Part shown: positions 1 to 12,339 of the stretch, piece by piece
Layout: each line of letters starts with the position of its first letter
Position numbering within the stretch: the first letter of the stretch is position 1
Assembly (NCBI GenBank): GCA_965208125.1
Contig: OZ242320.1
Location: 160,001 to 224,000, forward strand
Source of the DNA: Candidatus Latescibacterota bacterium
GTDB lineage: Bacteria > Latescibacterota > UBA2968
Direction: 5' to 3'
Length of the DNA stretch: 64,000 nucleotides
Notes under the pieces: model-generated
Databases searched by the model: none
Told to the model about the DNA's origin: nothing
Seen by the model: only the letters and a program-made list of their open reading frames with translations
Translations under genes and position numbers: made by a program

Positions 1-581
1 TGCGGTACGGGAATAACAGAACCATCGGCCATGCCATCAATAGCCCGAATGAGCAACTCAGCGCCCTTCACCTTCAACCGCTCATACAGTTCGCCCGCCG
101 TCTCATCGTCCCCAATCGCCACCTTTTGTTGAATTAAAATATCGCCAGCATCCACGCGCGGCGACAGTTGAAAAATGGTCACACCCGTCTCAGTCTCACC
201 ATTGATAATAGCCCATTGAATAGGCGCTGCCCCACGGTATTTGGGCAATCGGGAGGGATGGACATTCACAGAACCCAATTTGGGAATCGCCAGTAAAGAA
301 CGCGGCAAAATTAGAAAAGCCACCACTGCAAATAAATCCGGTTCCAGAGCCTGCAACTGCGCGTGAAAATTCTCATCTCTGAGAGACTCGGGCTGCAAAA
401 CCGGCACATCCAATCCCAGCGACGCAACCGCAGCCTTCACATCGGTTGGTTGCATCTGCTGACCCCGACCACGTGGCCTGTCTGGCCGCGTTACCACGCC
501 CACAAGATCATGATCGCTTTGAGCCACGCCCACAAGCGACGGCACTGCAAAATCGGGCGTGCCCATAAACACCACCCTCAT
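1..581 (-). CDS. fmt: Methionyl-tRNA formyltransferase (3' part runs off window start)
   Basis: Reverse strand from ATG 581 reads MRVVFMGTPDFAVP..., later VNVHPSRLPKYRGAAPIQWAIINGETETGVT and DAGDIL; not in ORF track. Confidence 0.95.
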   Translation of the reverse strand, partial: MRVVFMGTPDFAVPSLVGVAQSDHDLVGVVTRPDRPRGRGQQMQPTDVKAAVASLGLDVPVLQPESLRDENFHAQLQALEPDLFAVVAFLILPRSLLAIPKLGSVNVHPSRLPKYRGAAPIQWAIINGETETGVTIFQLSPRVDAGDILIQQKVAIGDDETAGELYERLKVKGAELLIRAIDGMADGSVIPVP

Positions 582-601
582 CGCCAAATTTCACCTTTCT
601 A

Positions 602-3487
<2,886 letters not shown>

Positions 3488-3496
3488 TTTACAGAC

Positions 3497-4477
3497 TCAG
3501 TAAATCTGAACTGGATCGGGAATAAAACACAATACAAAAATAGCCAGCGACGCGTACCCAAGCCAACGCCGGGTGAGGTCCAGTTCAACATCGGGATTTG
3601 CAAGTGGCGGATGATGCCGTCCCACAAGCGCAGCCAACCCCAACCACACCAGCCAACCGATCCAGCGGGAATCATACCAGGCCCTAAACATAGATTGTGC
3701 ATCCCACCAGTGGTAAGGCGGTGCCAATAACCACATCAATGCCAATCCCACCATTGTCGCCCGAGAAATTAACCGGTGTTTCTCACCAAAAATTGCATAG
3801 ACAATATGCCCGCCATCAAATTGTCCCATCGGCAACAAATTCAACACCGTCACAAACAACCCCAACCAGCCCGCAAAAGCCACCGGATGCAGCATCACAT
3901 CATAACCCTCGGGCAGATCACCGATAACCCTCATACCCAACCACCCCGACAGCAGAGAATCACCCAGAGTAAGTGCACCTTCCGGTATATCTCGCACCTC
4001 AATTACTTCCGACATGTGCAGACCGGCACTCCACGCAATCACAGACATCACAAATCCGGCAATAGGTCCAGATGCACCAATATCGATAAGTGCCCGACGG
4101 TTCGGAATTTGAGATCGCAACTTGATCACTGCGCCCAGAGTGCCAATAAACGATGGAAAGGGAATAAAATAGGGCAATGAAGCGCGCACGCCCCAGCGGC
4201 GCGAAGTCACATAATGCCCCATCTCGTGTATGCCCAGGATGATCAGCAACGTAGCAGAAAACGGCAAGCCATAGACCAGATAACGCGGATCAATCAAAAT
4301 GCTCCAATCATCAATCGCGGGCATAGAGGTCAATTGCGGCGACATGAACATACCCGCCACCGTCGTCGTGTACGCAGTTGCCAAAAACAGCCCAACATGC
4401 AATCTCAAATTCTCCTGTATCCTGGGCACAGTCATCTGCGTGGAAAAATACCGATTACCATTCAAATCGTCTGACAC
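3497..4477 (-). CDS. Site-2 protease, peptidase M50 family
   Basis: HEMGH, ASGPIAG and NLLPMGQFDGGH motifs; multiple TM helices. Confidence 0.93.
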   Translation of the reverse strand: MSDDLNGNRYFSTQMTVPRIQENLRLHVGLFLATAYTTTVAGMFMSPQLTSMPAIDDWSILIDPRYLVYGLPFSATLLIILGIHEMGHYVTSRRWGVRASLPYFIPFPSFIGTLGAVIKLRSQIPNRRALIDIGASGPIAGFVMSVIAWSAGLHMSEVIEVRDIPEGALTLGDSLLSGWLGMRVIGDLPEGYDVMLHPVAFAGWLGLFVTVLNLLPMGQFDGGHIVYAIFGEKHRLISRATMVGLALMWLLAPPYHWWDAQSMFRAWYDSRWIGWLVWLGLAALVGRHHPPLANPDVELDLTRRWLGYASLAIFVLCFIPDPVQIY

Positions 4478-4502
4478 AAACGCTCCTTATCCTTTTCATC
4501 TC

Positions 4503-5387
4503 TCACCTTATCCCCACTGCAAAGCGATGCGAATCGCCCAACCCATGCGATGCGGGCACAAAAGCGTAATCTACCCGCCAGTTGCGGCGCTTAATACCCA
4601 TTCCAAAAGACAACAGGCGCGTATCGTGCCCGGTTTGAATTCCACCGCGCAAAAACAACTTGCCCATCACCCCGTATTCCAAACCGAAATTTGCACCTCT
4701 GTTGCCCGCTACTGGCAGGCGAAGATCAGCCGTTGCTATCCAGGTGCGCCAGAACCACGACGCCCCCATGCGAAATACCCGGGGCAAAGGGGTGCGCTCC
4801 TGGTCTAACTGCGCCATCCGTCCCAAATTTCGATACGACGCCCCCAGCATCAAGTTCTCAGACAGGCGATACAATACGCCCCCATCCGCGCTCATCCCCG
4901 ACGCGCTCTCTGGCCCAATATTTTCATGCAATGCCCGAACCGAAAACCCCACATAAAATCGCTGCCCTATCTTCTGCGCATAAGACAGACCCACATTGAG
5001 ATCATAAACGCTAAACGTGCCCGCAGGCGTCGCAGTTGGTTCTCGCCGCGCTTCCAATCCCCCAGCCCCATAAACGCCCAAACTCAGCGCAAGACCGCGT
5101 CTATCATTACCATAAGCCCAGCCGCCATACCCCTGCTTTATCCCCTGAAATGATCGGTGGTGCGCCAAAATAAAATGTTTGCCCTGCATAGCTGCCACAC
5201 CTGCCGGATTCCAAAACGCCGCAGTCTGCTCACCTACCACAGCGGTCTGCGCCTCACCCATCGCAGCAGCACGCGCACCAACCCCCTCGCGCAGCAACAC
5301 AAAACCGGCCTTGCGCGCCGAAGTACTGGCCTCAGCAGAAAACAGACAACATATCGCAACAAAAATACCGCAAACAATGCGCTTCAC
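4503..5387 (-). CDS. PorV/PorQ-family outer-membrane beta-barrel protein
   Basis: Signal peptide after GTG with GGAGG RBS; GARAAAMGEA...AFWNPAG; C-terminal DYAF...LGDSHRF. Confidence 0.8.
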   Translation of the reverse strand: MKRIVCGIFVAICCLFSAEASTSARKAGFVLLREGVGARAAAMGEAQTAVVGEQTAAFWNPAGVAAMQGKHFILAHHRSFQGIKQGYGGWAYGNDRRGLALSLGVYGAGGLEARREPTATPAGTFSVYDLNVGLSYAQKIGQRFYVGFSVRALHENIGPESASGMSADGGVLYRLSENLMLGASYRNLGRMAQLDQERTPLPRVFRMGASWFWRTWIATADLRLPVAGNRGANFGLEYGVMGKLFLRGGIQTGHDTRLLSFGMGIKRRNWRVDYAFVPASHGLGDSHRFAVGIR

Positions 5388-5564
5388 AAAAACCTCCTGC
5401 ATACAAATGCTCCAAAACCCAATGCATTTTACAAGATTAAGCAAACGGACAAAATGTGTCAACCGCCCATTAGTAAAATGGACCATCCCAAGCGCGTAAT
5501 TGACAGGACCTTATTTCCTAATTACATTGTGCAGACCCTCATAGCAATTCTCATTGGAGTCATC

Positions 5565-5999
5565 ATGGCACAAGCAGAAATTGGCGACCGCGTCCTGATT
5601 TATTACAAGGGAGTCCTGGAAGACGGAACCATAGCTGAAGGCACACCAGAGAACGAACCATTTGAATTTACAGTGGGAGACGAATCTGTAAAAGACATAT
5701 TCACGCGCCTTGTACACGGCATTGAAGAAGGCGATTCTCGCACGGTGATCCTATCCCCAGAAGAAGCGTTTGGCCCCTATAATCCCGACTTTGTAATCGA
5801 AGTCGCGCGATCAAAATTTCCTCCCGATGCACTTCTCGAAAAGGGAATGCGTATGGAAGTACAGTCCGACCCCAATGGTACATCCGTCGAAGTATCTGTC
5901 AAAGAAATAACATCTCAAACCGTGACATTAGACGGCAACCATCCCTTTGCGGGTGAAGAAATTACTATGACGATTCAATTGTTAGAGATCATAGTATAG
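5565..5999 (+). CDS. FKBP-type peptidyl-prolyl isomerase (SlyD/SlpA-like, no His-rich tail)
   Basis: GDRVLIYYKGVLEDG, PEEAFG, VTLDGNHPFAG; ATG 5565 after GGAG. Confidence 0.9.
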   Translation: MAQAEIGDRVLIYYKGVLEDGTIAEGTPENEPFEFTVGDESVKDIFTRLVHGIEEGDSRTVILSPEEAFGPYNPDFVIEVARSKFPPDALLEKGMRMEVQSDPNGTSVEVSVKEITSQTVTLDGNHPFAGEEITMTIQLLEIIV

Positions 6000-6077
6000 C
6001 TATATGAACACAAGGAGATAACCCGTACAAACTCCAATAAAAAAGAGAAGAAATCATCGCCGAAACAAAAAAATCCG

Positions 6078-6221
6078 ATGGCTCAACGTATTATCAAGGC
6101 AATGGAAAAACCGCCGTATGTCACGCATGAGGACATCGAATCACTTTTACAAGTGATCAAAGAAGCAAAGCAACCAACAGATTTTGAGTCTCCCTCTGAA
6201 CTATCTTCAAAAACCAGGTGA
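6078..6221 (+). CDS. Small hypothetical protein (47 aa)
   Basis: MAQRIIKAMEKPPYVTHEDIESLLQVIKEAKQPTDFESPSELSSKTR; its TGA coincides with the IS right end. Confidence 0.4.
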   Translation: MAQRIIKAMEKPPYVTHEDIESLLQVIKEAKQPTDFESPSELSSKTR

Positions 6222-6258
6222 CTACTCCCAACGATAGAGCAGTTGGGCTTCTTGGTGG

Positions 6259-7383
6259 TCAAACCACCTGACGTTGTAGCCCCAACGTCAATATGTTTAT
6301 CGCGGCATTGTGGTCTCTGTCCGTCTTATAGCCACACGCCTTGCAATGATGCACACGATCTGAGAGTGTCTTTTTCTCTCTATGTCCGCATGCAGAGCAA
6401 TCTTGTGACGTATAGTCAGGCTTGACGGCTTTGAATCCAATACCAGCTTCTTCCGCTTTGTATTTGAGACAGTGCCGAAACAGGGACCACGCTACGTCTG
6501 ATATTGATTTAGCCAATCGTCTGTTCTTTTGCATCTCTTTAACGTCCAATTTCTCGACGGCTATGAATCCGTGACGATTGACCATTTTTCTTGATTCTTG
6601 GTGTGCAAAGTTATGTCGTTTATTACGGATACGCTCATGCACTCTACCAATGACCTTACGACGCTTTTCTCTTGTGGGATCGGTCTTGGAGCTTTTTTTT
6701 ACCGCGTCCCATTTACGCTGTGCTTTGGCAAGAGATTTCTCTTCTTTCCTAAAGAATCTCTGATTCTCTATTTTCTCGCCGTCACTGGTCACAGCAAAGG
6801 AATTGAGACCCACGTCAATGCCAATAGCAGAGCCAGCGTCTTTTTTTTCAGGTGTATCGCCAATATCGCAAGAGATAGATACAAACCATTTGCCTGTTGC
6901 TGTGCGTGTGATTGTGCAAGACTTAGGGATACCCTCAAGTGGCCTGTGCTGAACAATGCGAATGCAACCAATACTGCCCAATCGCAAGCCCTTGTCGTCT
7001 AATCGACATCCATTGGAAAACTGAGGATACGTGATAGAATCATAGCGATTCTCATTCTTGTATCTGGGAAAGCCCGCTTTCTCGCCTGTCTTTGACTTCT
7101 GTTTGAGACGCTGAAAGAATCCTTTGAATGCAAGATCAACCCGTACCGCGACCTGTTGCAACACCTGACTATACACTTGCTTGAAAGCAACGTGCTGCTG
7201 TTTCAGCATGGGCAATGCCGCCTGTTGCTCATAGCACGACAGACTTTCTTTATTCTTTTCCCATGCTTGTATTCTCGCACAGAGTAGTTGATTATAGAGA
7301 ATACGACATTCGTCAATATGCGCCAGCAAGATTTGTTCTTGCTTTTTGGTCGGACGCAATCTGTATTTGAACGACTTAACCAT
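6259..7383 (-). CDS. tnpB: TnpB RNA-guided endonuclease
   Basis: N-terminal KYRLRPT HTH, RuvC GIDVG / IAVEKL / DRDHNAAINI, Zn finger CSAC...CKAC. Confidence 0.96.
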   Translation of the reverse strand: MVKSFKYRLRPTKKQEQILLAHIDECRILYNQLLCARIQAWEKNKESLSCYEQQAALPMLKQQHVAFKQVYSQVLQQVAVRVDLAFKGFFQRLKQKSKTGEKAGFPRYKNENRYDSITYPQFSNGCRLDDKGLRLGSIGCIRIVQHRPLEGIPKSCTITRTATGKWFVSISCDIGDTPEKKDAGSAIGIDVGLNSFAVTSDGEKIENQRFFRKEEKSLAKAQRKWDAVKKSSKTDPTREKRRKVIGRVHERIRNKRHNFAHQESRKMVNRHGFIAVEKLDVKEMQKNRRLAKSISDVAWSLFRHCLKYKAEEAGIGFKAVKPDYTSQDCSACGHREKKTLSDRVHHCKACGYKTDRDHNAAINILTLGLQRQVV

Positions 7384-7389
7384 AATAAA

Positions 7390-7418
7390 AATATATAGTT
7401 ATGTGCTGTTTGTGTCAA
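7390..7418 (-). promoter_or_regulatory. Sigma70-like promoter of tnpB copy 1
   Basis: TTGACA-17-TATATT, 6 nt before ATG; conserved in copy 2. Confidence 0.65.
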
Positions 7419-7598
7419 GTGAAATATGGAATAAACCTTGTTGATGAAGTGCTGGCGCACTTGTACACCGCTCCACCGCCCACATTGCCTTGTGCAATGT
7501 GCCACCGTGCTAAAGCACCACACTATAAATTCGTAAGCCCTTCGCCATGCGACCCAACGCTAAAGCTGTTGGGCCTTACGGGCTATTAGGTAAAAAAC

Positions 7599-8114
7599 AT
7601 GTGGCATCAATTGGGAATCATCGCGCTTGGTATCGCGCTATTTGCATGTAGGCCCGATGTTCAATTGGTAAAAGATGGACACGAAGAATATTATGTGTAT
7701 TGGGATGACGGTCACAATCGGTATCTCAGACATGGGTTGTATCAGTCATTTTACGAAAGTGGTCGCCAGCGTTCGGCTGGCAAATACGAACGAGACATAA
7801 AAGTGGGCGTTTGGACACACTGGTATGAAAACGGACAAAAACAAGGTGAAATGGACTGGGTAGATGGCAAGCCCGAAGGCGTAGTGACAGAATGGTACAA
7901 AAACGGACAGCAAAAAAATACGGGAACTTGGGAAAATGGTGGGCGACATGGTCTCTCGACCTGGTGGTATGAAAACGGACAAAAGCAGAAGGAAGTGAAC
8001 TATATAGAGGGAGAACCCGACGGAATCTGGACATATTGGGACTCGACGGGTGTCATAACAAAAAAGCAGTATTGGGATCGCGGTGCATTTTTGCGGGTTG
8101 AGGAATCGCATTAA
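7599..8114 (+). CDS. MORN-variant repeat lipoprotein (YwqK-like)
   Basis: Lipobox LFAC; repeated WYENGQK...G units. Confidence 0.85.
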   Translation: MWHQLGIIALGIALFACRPDVQLVKDGHEEYYVYWDDGHNRYLRHGLYQSFYESGRQRSAGKYERDIKVGVWTHWYENGQKQGEMDWVDGKPEGVVTEWYKNGQQKNTGTWENGGRHGLSTWWYENGQKQKEVNYIEGEPDGIWTYWDSTGVITKKQYWDRGAFLRVEESH

Positions 8115-8135
8115 CCCGCGCTGAAAGGATCAAAA

Positions 8136-10901
8136 ATGGCAGACAAAACCCTGTATTTATTAGACGGCATGGCACTGGTCTATCGTGGACATTTTGCAAT
8201 GATACGCAATCCGAGGATGACGTCGAAAGGGCTGAACACCTCGACGTTATTCGTTTTTGCCAATACACTATTAGATATTTTGGGCAACACAAAACCCTCA
8301 CATTTGGCCGTAGTCTTCGACACGCCAGAGCCGACATTTCGGGACGAGATATACAAAGAATACAAGGCACAACGAGAAAAAATGCCCGAAGACATAAGTG
8401 GCGCGCTGCCCTACATCGACCAAATGTGTGAAGCGTTCAACGTGCCCGTCATCCGCAAACCGGGCTATGAAGCCGACGACGTAATCGGCACACTGGCAAA
8501 AGAGGCTGAAAAGTCCGGGTTTACAACATATATGGTAACCCCCGATAAAGACTACGCACAACTCGTCTCAAACAAGACATTCATCAGCAAACCCGGACGC
8601 ACGGGCGATGGCGCTGAGATCCTGGGCGTTCCAGAGGTACTGGAACAATGGGAAATTGAGCGTGTGGATCAAGTCATCGACATGCTGGGGCTGATGGGCG
8701 ATTCGAGTGATAATGTGCCGGGCGTGCCGGGCATAGGGCCAAAAACCGCACAAAAATTGATCGCCCAGTACGACAGTGTGGAGGGATTACTCAATCACGT
8801 CGATGAATTGAAAGGCAAACAAAAAGAAAATGTGGAGACATATCGGGAACAGGCATTGTTATCAAAAGAATTGGTCACCATTCACCTCAATGTACCATTG
8901 GACTTTGGATTGGATGACCTCGCGGTAAAAAAACGAGACGAACAAAAATTGAAAACCCTGTTTGCAGAATTGGAATTCAGCACTCTGGGCAAACGGCTAT
9001 TTGGAAGTGATTTTAATATAGATCAGCAACAGATCTCACTCTTCGGCGATGAGACAGTACTGGCGGACGTACCAAAACACAAAACCATTGCGGATGTCGA
9101 ACACGAGTATCACCTGGTAGATACGCCGGCAAAGCGCACAGCATTAATCGAAAAATTGGCACAGCAAAAGACGTTTTGTTTTGATACAGAAACAACGGGG
9201 CTAAACCCGAAAACATGTGAATTGCTCGGTCTCGCGTTTTCATTTCAACTGCACACGGGATATTATGTGCCAATGCCAGAAGACCCGGATGAAAACAGGG
9301 CGGTATTGGAAGAATTCCGCAGAATTCTCGAAAATCCGGACATCGAGAAAATTGGACACAATCTCAAATTTGACCTCGCCGTATTATTGTGGCAAGGGAT
9401 CAGGGTTCAAGGACCTGTTTTTGATACCATGCTCGCCGCTTATGTAACTGCACCTGAAATGCGTCGCGGCATGGATTCTCTATCACTGTCATTATTGGGT
9501 TATGAACCCATTAAAATTGAGTCTTTAATCGGCGAAAAAGAAAAAGGCAAAGAACAAAAAACCCTGCGCGAAGTCCCCCTGGACAAAGTAGCAGAATACG
9601 CAGCCGAAGATGCGGACATCACCTTGCAACTCGCCGAAGTTCTACGTCCCAAAATCAAAGAAATGGGGCAAACGCGCGTATTCAAAGACATAGAATGCCC
9701 GCTGGTATCTGTACTGGCACAAATGGAATACGAAGGCATTCGCATGGAAGCATCTGTAATCGAGGCACTTTCGGAAGACCTACAGGATGAATTAGTCGCC
9801 ATCCGACAGCGCATTTACGACCTGGCCGGTGAAACATTTAATTTAAACTCACCCAAGCAATTGGGCGATATCCTATTTGAAAAATTAAAACTCGACCCCA
9901 ATGCGCGGCGCACAGCCAAGACAAAGCAATATCAGACAAGCGAATCAATTTTGCAGCGGTTGGCTTATAAACACGAAATAGTAGAACAAATTTTGGAATA
10001 TCGAACATATTCGAAACTGAAATCCACCTATCTGGATATGTTGCCGGGTGCGGTATTTAAGTGTACCGGGCACATCCACACGCACTACGAGCAAGCCGTC
10101 ACGGCCACCGGGCGGTTGCAATCGCACGGACCGAATCTGCAAAATATTCCCATTCGCACGGAAAAGGGACGCGAAATTCGCAAAGCCTTTGTGCCTCGCA
10201 ATGAAAATTACACGCTCTTGTCAGCAGACTATTCGCAAATTGAATTGCGCGTAGCGGCTGAACTCAGTCGCGATGATGAGATGCACCGAGCATTTCGAGA
10301 AGGCCTGGATATCCACGCGGCAACAGCAATGAAAATTTACGGATTGGATGAACGCGATGTAACCGACGACATGCGCCGGCAGGCAAAAACCGTAAACTTT
10401 GGCATTATTTATGGAATCTCGGCCTTTGGCCTGGCGCAACGCCTGAATATTCCGCGCTTTGAAGCCGGTAATTTAATCGAGCAATATTTTGAACAATTTC
10501 CCGGCGCAAAAAAGTACATGGATGACACCATTAATTTCGCGCGAGAACACGGGTATGTGGAAACCATGACGGGACGCAGGCGATATTTGCGGGACATCCA
10601 CTCGCGCAATGCCACCACGCGCAAAAGTGCCGAGCGCAACGCAATCAACTCGCGGATTCAGGGTTCAGCGGCCGACATGATTAAAATTGCGATGCGCCGC
10701 GTCCAGGATGCTTTATTTGAACGGGACTTAAAAACGCGCATGCTGCTACAAGTACACGACGAACTCGTCTTTGACATGCACAAAGACGAAGCCGATACCG
10801 TGATGCCCCTAATCGAAGACGCTATGAAAAATGCCCTGCCAATGTCCGTGCCAATCGTAGTGGAAATGGGCATGGGAAATACCTGGCTGGAAGCGCATTG
10901 A
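8136..10901 (+). CDS. polA: DNA polymerase I
   Basis: 5'-nuclease LLDG/EADD, 3'-5' exo FDTETT, polymerase ADYSQIELR, KTVNFGIIYG, QVHDEL. Confidence 0.99.
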   Translation: MADKTLYLLDGMALVYRGHFAMIRNPRMTSKGLNTSTLFVFANTLLDILGNTKPSHLAVVFDTPEPTFRDEIYKEYKAQREKMPEDISGALPYIDQMCEAFNVPVIRKPGYEADDVIGTLAKEAEKSGFTTYMVTPDKDYAQLVSNKTFISKPGRTGDGAEILGVPEVLEQWEIERVDQVIDMLGLMGDSSDNVPGVPGIGPKTAQKLIAQYDSVEGLLNHVDELKGKQKENVETYREQALLSKELVTIHLNVPLDFGLDDLAVKKRDEQKLKTLFAELEFSTLGKRLFGSDFNIDQQQISLFGDETVLADVPKHKTIADVEHEYHLVDTPAKRTALIEKLAQQKTFCFDTETTGLNPKTCELLGLAFSFQLHTGYYVPMPEDPDENRAVLEEFRRILENPDIEKIGHNLKFDLAVLLWQGIRVQGPVFDTMLAAYVTAPEMRRGMDSLSLSLLGYEPIKIESLIGEKEKGKEQKTLREVPLDKVAEYAAEDADITLQLAEVLRPKIKEMGQTRVFKDIECPLVSVLAQMEYEGIRMEASVIEALSEDLQDELVAIRQRIYDLAGETFNLNSPKQLGDILFEKLKLDPNARRTAKTKQYQTSESILQRLAYKHEIVEQILEYRTYSKLKSTYLDMLPGAVFKCTGHIHTHYEQAVTATGRLQSHGPNLQNIPIRTEKGREIRKAFVPRNENYTLLSADYSQIELRVAAELSRDDEMHRAFREGLDIHAATAMKIYGLDERDVTDDMRRQAKTVNFGIIYGISAFGLAQRLNIPRFEAGNLIEQYFEQFPGAKKYMDDTINFAREHGYVETMTGRRRYLRDIHSRNATTRKSAERNAINSRIQGSAADMIKIAMRRVQDALFERDLKTRMLLQVHDELVFDMHKDEADTVMPLIEDAMKNALPMSVPIVVEMGMGNTWLEAH

Positions 10902-10915
10902 AAGATGGAAAACAC

Positions 10916-11485
10916 ATGTTCAACTGGCTCAAAAAACTATTTGCCCCTCCTGTCGAACGCCTGCCGCAACTCGAAATGTTTCGCGATCACCTCAACAACC
11001 TGCCCGAAATTCAGCACATTACCGGCTATGCCACACGCACCTATCGTTCGGGTGACGAAGCCGCCTGGTGTCGCATCATGGAAGGCAATGTGGGCAGCAA
11101 CTGGACAACGGAGAAATGCCGAGCGCAATTGATCAACGATTCCCGCTTCCAGGCAGAGAACCTCTTTTTCATCACCCACAACGACGACCCCATAGCCAGC
11201 GCATGTGCCTGGAAAACACCCGGTCAATCGCCGGAAACGGGTGAAGTTCACATGGTCGCCGCGCACACAGACCACCGAGGCAAAGGACTCGGGCATTTGC
11301 TCAACGCCCTCGTCCTCCATCGCTTAAAAGACCTGGGCTATCAAAAAGCACATCTCAAAACCGATGACTGGCGCCTACCGGCCATCAAAACCTACCTCGA
11401 CGCGGGCTTTCAGCCCCTCAACACCCACGAAAGCCACCCCGAACGATGGGAAGCCATCTACGCCCAGCTCAAAATAAAAAGATAG
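10916..11485 (+). CDS. GNAT family N-acetyltransferase
   Basis: Motif A HRGKGLG; AIKTYLDAGF. Confidence 0.85.
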   Translation: MFNWLKKLFAPPVERLPQLEMFRDHLNNLPEIQHITGYATRTYRSGDEAAWCRIMEGNVGSNWTTEKCRAQLINDSRFQAENLFFITHNDDPIASACAWKTPGQSPETGEVHMVAAHTDHRGKGLGHLLNALVLHRLKDLGYQKAHLKTDDWRLPAIKTYLDAGFQPLNTHESHPERWEAIYAQLKIKR

Positions 11486-11552
11486 CAGTCAGCGATCAGC
11501 GGTCAGCAGTCAGCAAAACAAGCGATTAGCTGATGGCTGAAAGCTGATAGCT
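11484..11552. repeat. Heptamer tandem repeats in inverted arrangement between convergent genes
   Basis: Four AGCRRTC units followed by three GCTGA(T/A)R units, complementary to them. Confidence 0.7.
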
Positions 11553-11553
11553 C

Positions 11554-12300
11554 TTACCCCATCAACGCATTATACCCCATCCCCATCACCTCCTTGACGT
11601 GCTCCAGCGTGCGCTGTCCTTCAATACGCGCTCTCGAACCACCCAAATTCAAAATATCGCGCACCAGATCGGGCTGTTCTTCAAAACCCTTGCGGCGTAC
11701 CCGAAACGACGTCATAATTTTACACTGACCATCCGTACCCTTCAAGCGCGTGCCATAAACGCCATCGGGAATGGGAAACACCTCGCCGTAAATCCGATTA
11801 AATCGCGCAGCCACTTCCTGCGCCAGTTCAATATGGGGTCTTTGATCTGGCCCCACCGGCACATATCGCGGACGAAAAAGCAAAATATCCGCCGCCTGAG
11901 ACACCGGATATCCCACAAACCCATAAGGCACCCGGTTCCCCAACCCCATCTTACCCATCTCCTCCTTAACTGTCGGATTCCGCAACAAACGCGGCAACGT
12001 CACCAAATTGGAAAAAATCATGGTTAACTCTGCCAGTTGCGGCACCTGTGATTGCAAAAAACAAACGCTTTTTTTGGGATCAAATCCCGCCGCCAGATAA
12101 TCCAGCACCATTTCTCTGACGTGATGCTCCAGATCCTCTGTCCGATCCCGATGCGTCGTCAGCGCCTGATAATCGGCAATCATAAAAAAACACTGAAACT
12201 CATCCTGCATCTCAAACCGATTCTTCAATGACCCGACATAATGTCCCAAATACATTTTACCCGTCGGACGATCACCTGTTAAAACAATTGTGCGACTCAT
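11554..12300 (-). CDS. trpS: Tryptophanyl-tRNA synthetase homologue with in-frame internal deletion (possible pseudogene)
   Basis: TGDRPTG, YPVSQAADIL, VPVGPDQRPHIE; only 248 aa; HIGH reads YLGH; KMSKS absent. Confidence 0.85.
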   Translation of the reverse strand: MSRTIVLTGDRPTGKMYLGHYVGSLKNRFEMQDEFQCFFMIADYQALTTHRDRTEDLEHHVREMVLDYLAAGFDPKKSVCFLQSQVPQLAELTMIFSNLVTLPRLLRNPTVKEEMGKMGLGNRVPYGFVGYPVSQAADILLFRPRYVPVGPDQRPHIELAQEVAARFNRIYGEVFPIPDGVYGTRLKGTDGQCKIMTSFRVRRKGFEEQPDLVRDILNLGGSRARIEGQRTLEHVKEVMGMGYNALMG

Positions 12301-12339
12301 CTCTGTTCCTTTCTTGAGCGATTAAAATCCATAGTTTCC

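Larger units (their letters stand above)
6218..7590 (-). mobile_element. IS200/IS605-family, tnpB-only (IS1341-like) element, copy 1
   Basis: tnpB plus terminal hairpins CCCAACGCTAAAGCTGTTGGG (7553-7573) and CCCAACGATAGAGCAGTTGGG (6227-6247); ends defined by similarity to copy 2; right end ...GGGAGTAGTCAC; no tnpA. Confidence 0.88.

Noticed and set aside
6259-7383. Cas12f/CRISPR system or nuclease-dead TnpB repressor
   Set aside because: No repeat-spacer array or cas1/cas2 in the window; IS ends present and RuvC D/E/D intact
7401-7589. tnpA remnant (62-aa ORF)
   Set aside because: No HUH or catalytic Tyr motif; frame not conserved in copy 2
7599-8114. Toxin-antitoxin module around the YwqK-like protein
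   Set aside because: Only MORN-like repeats with a lipobox; no adjacent toxin gene
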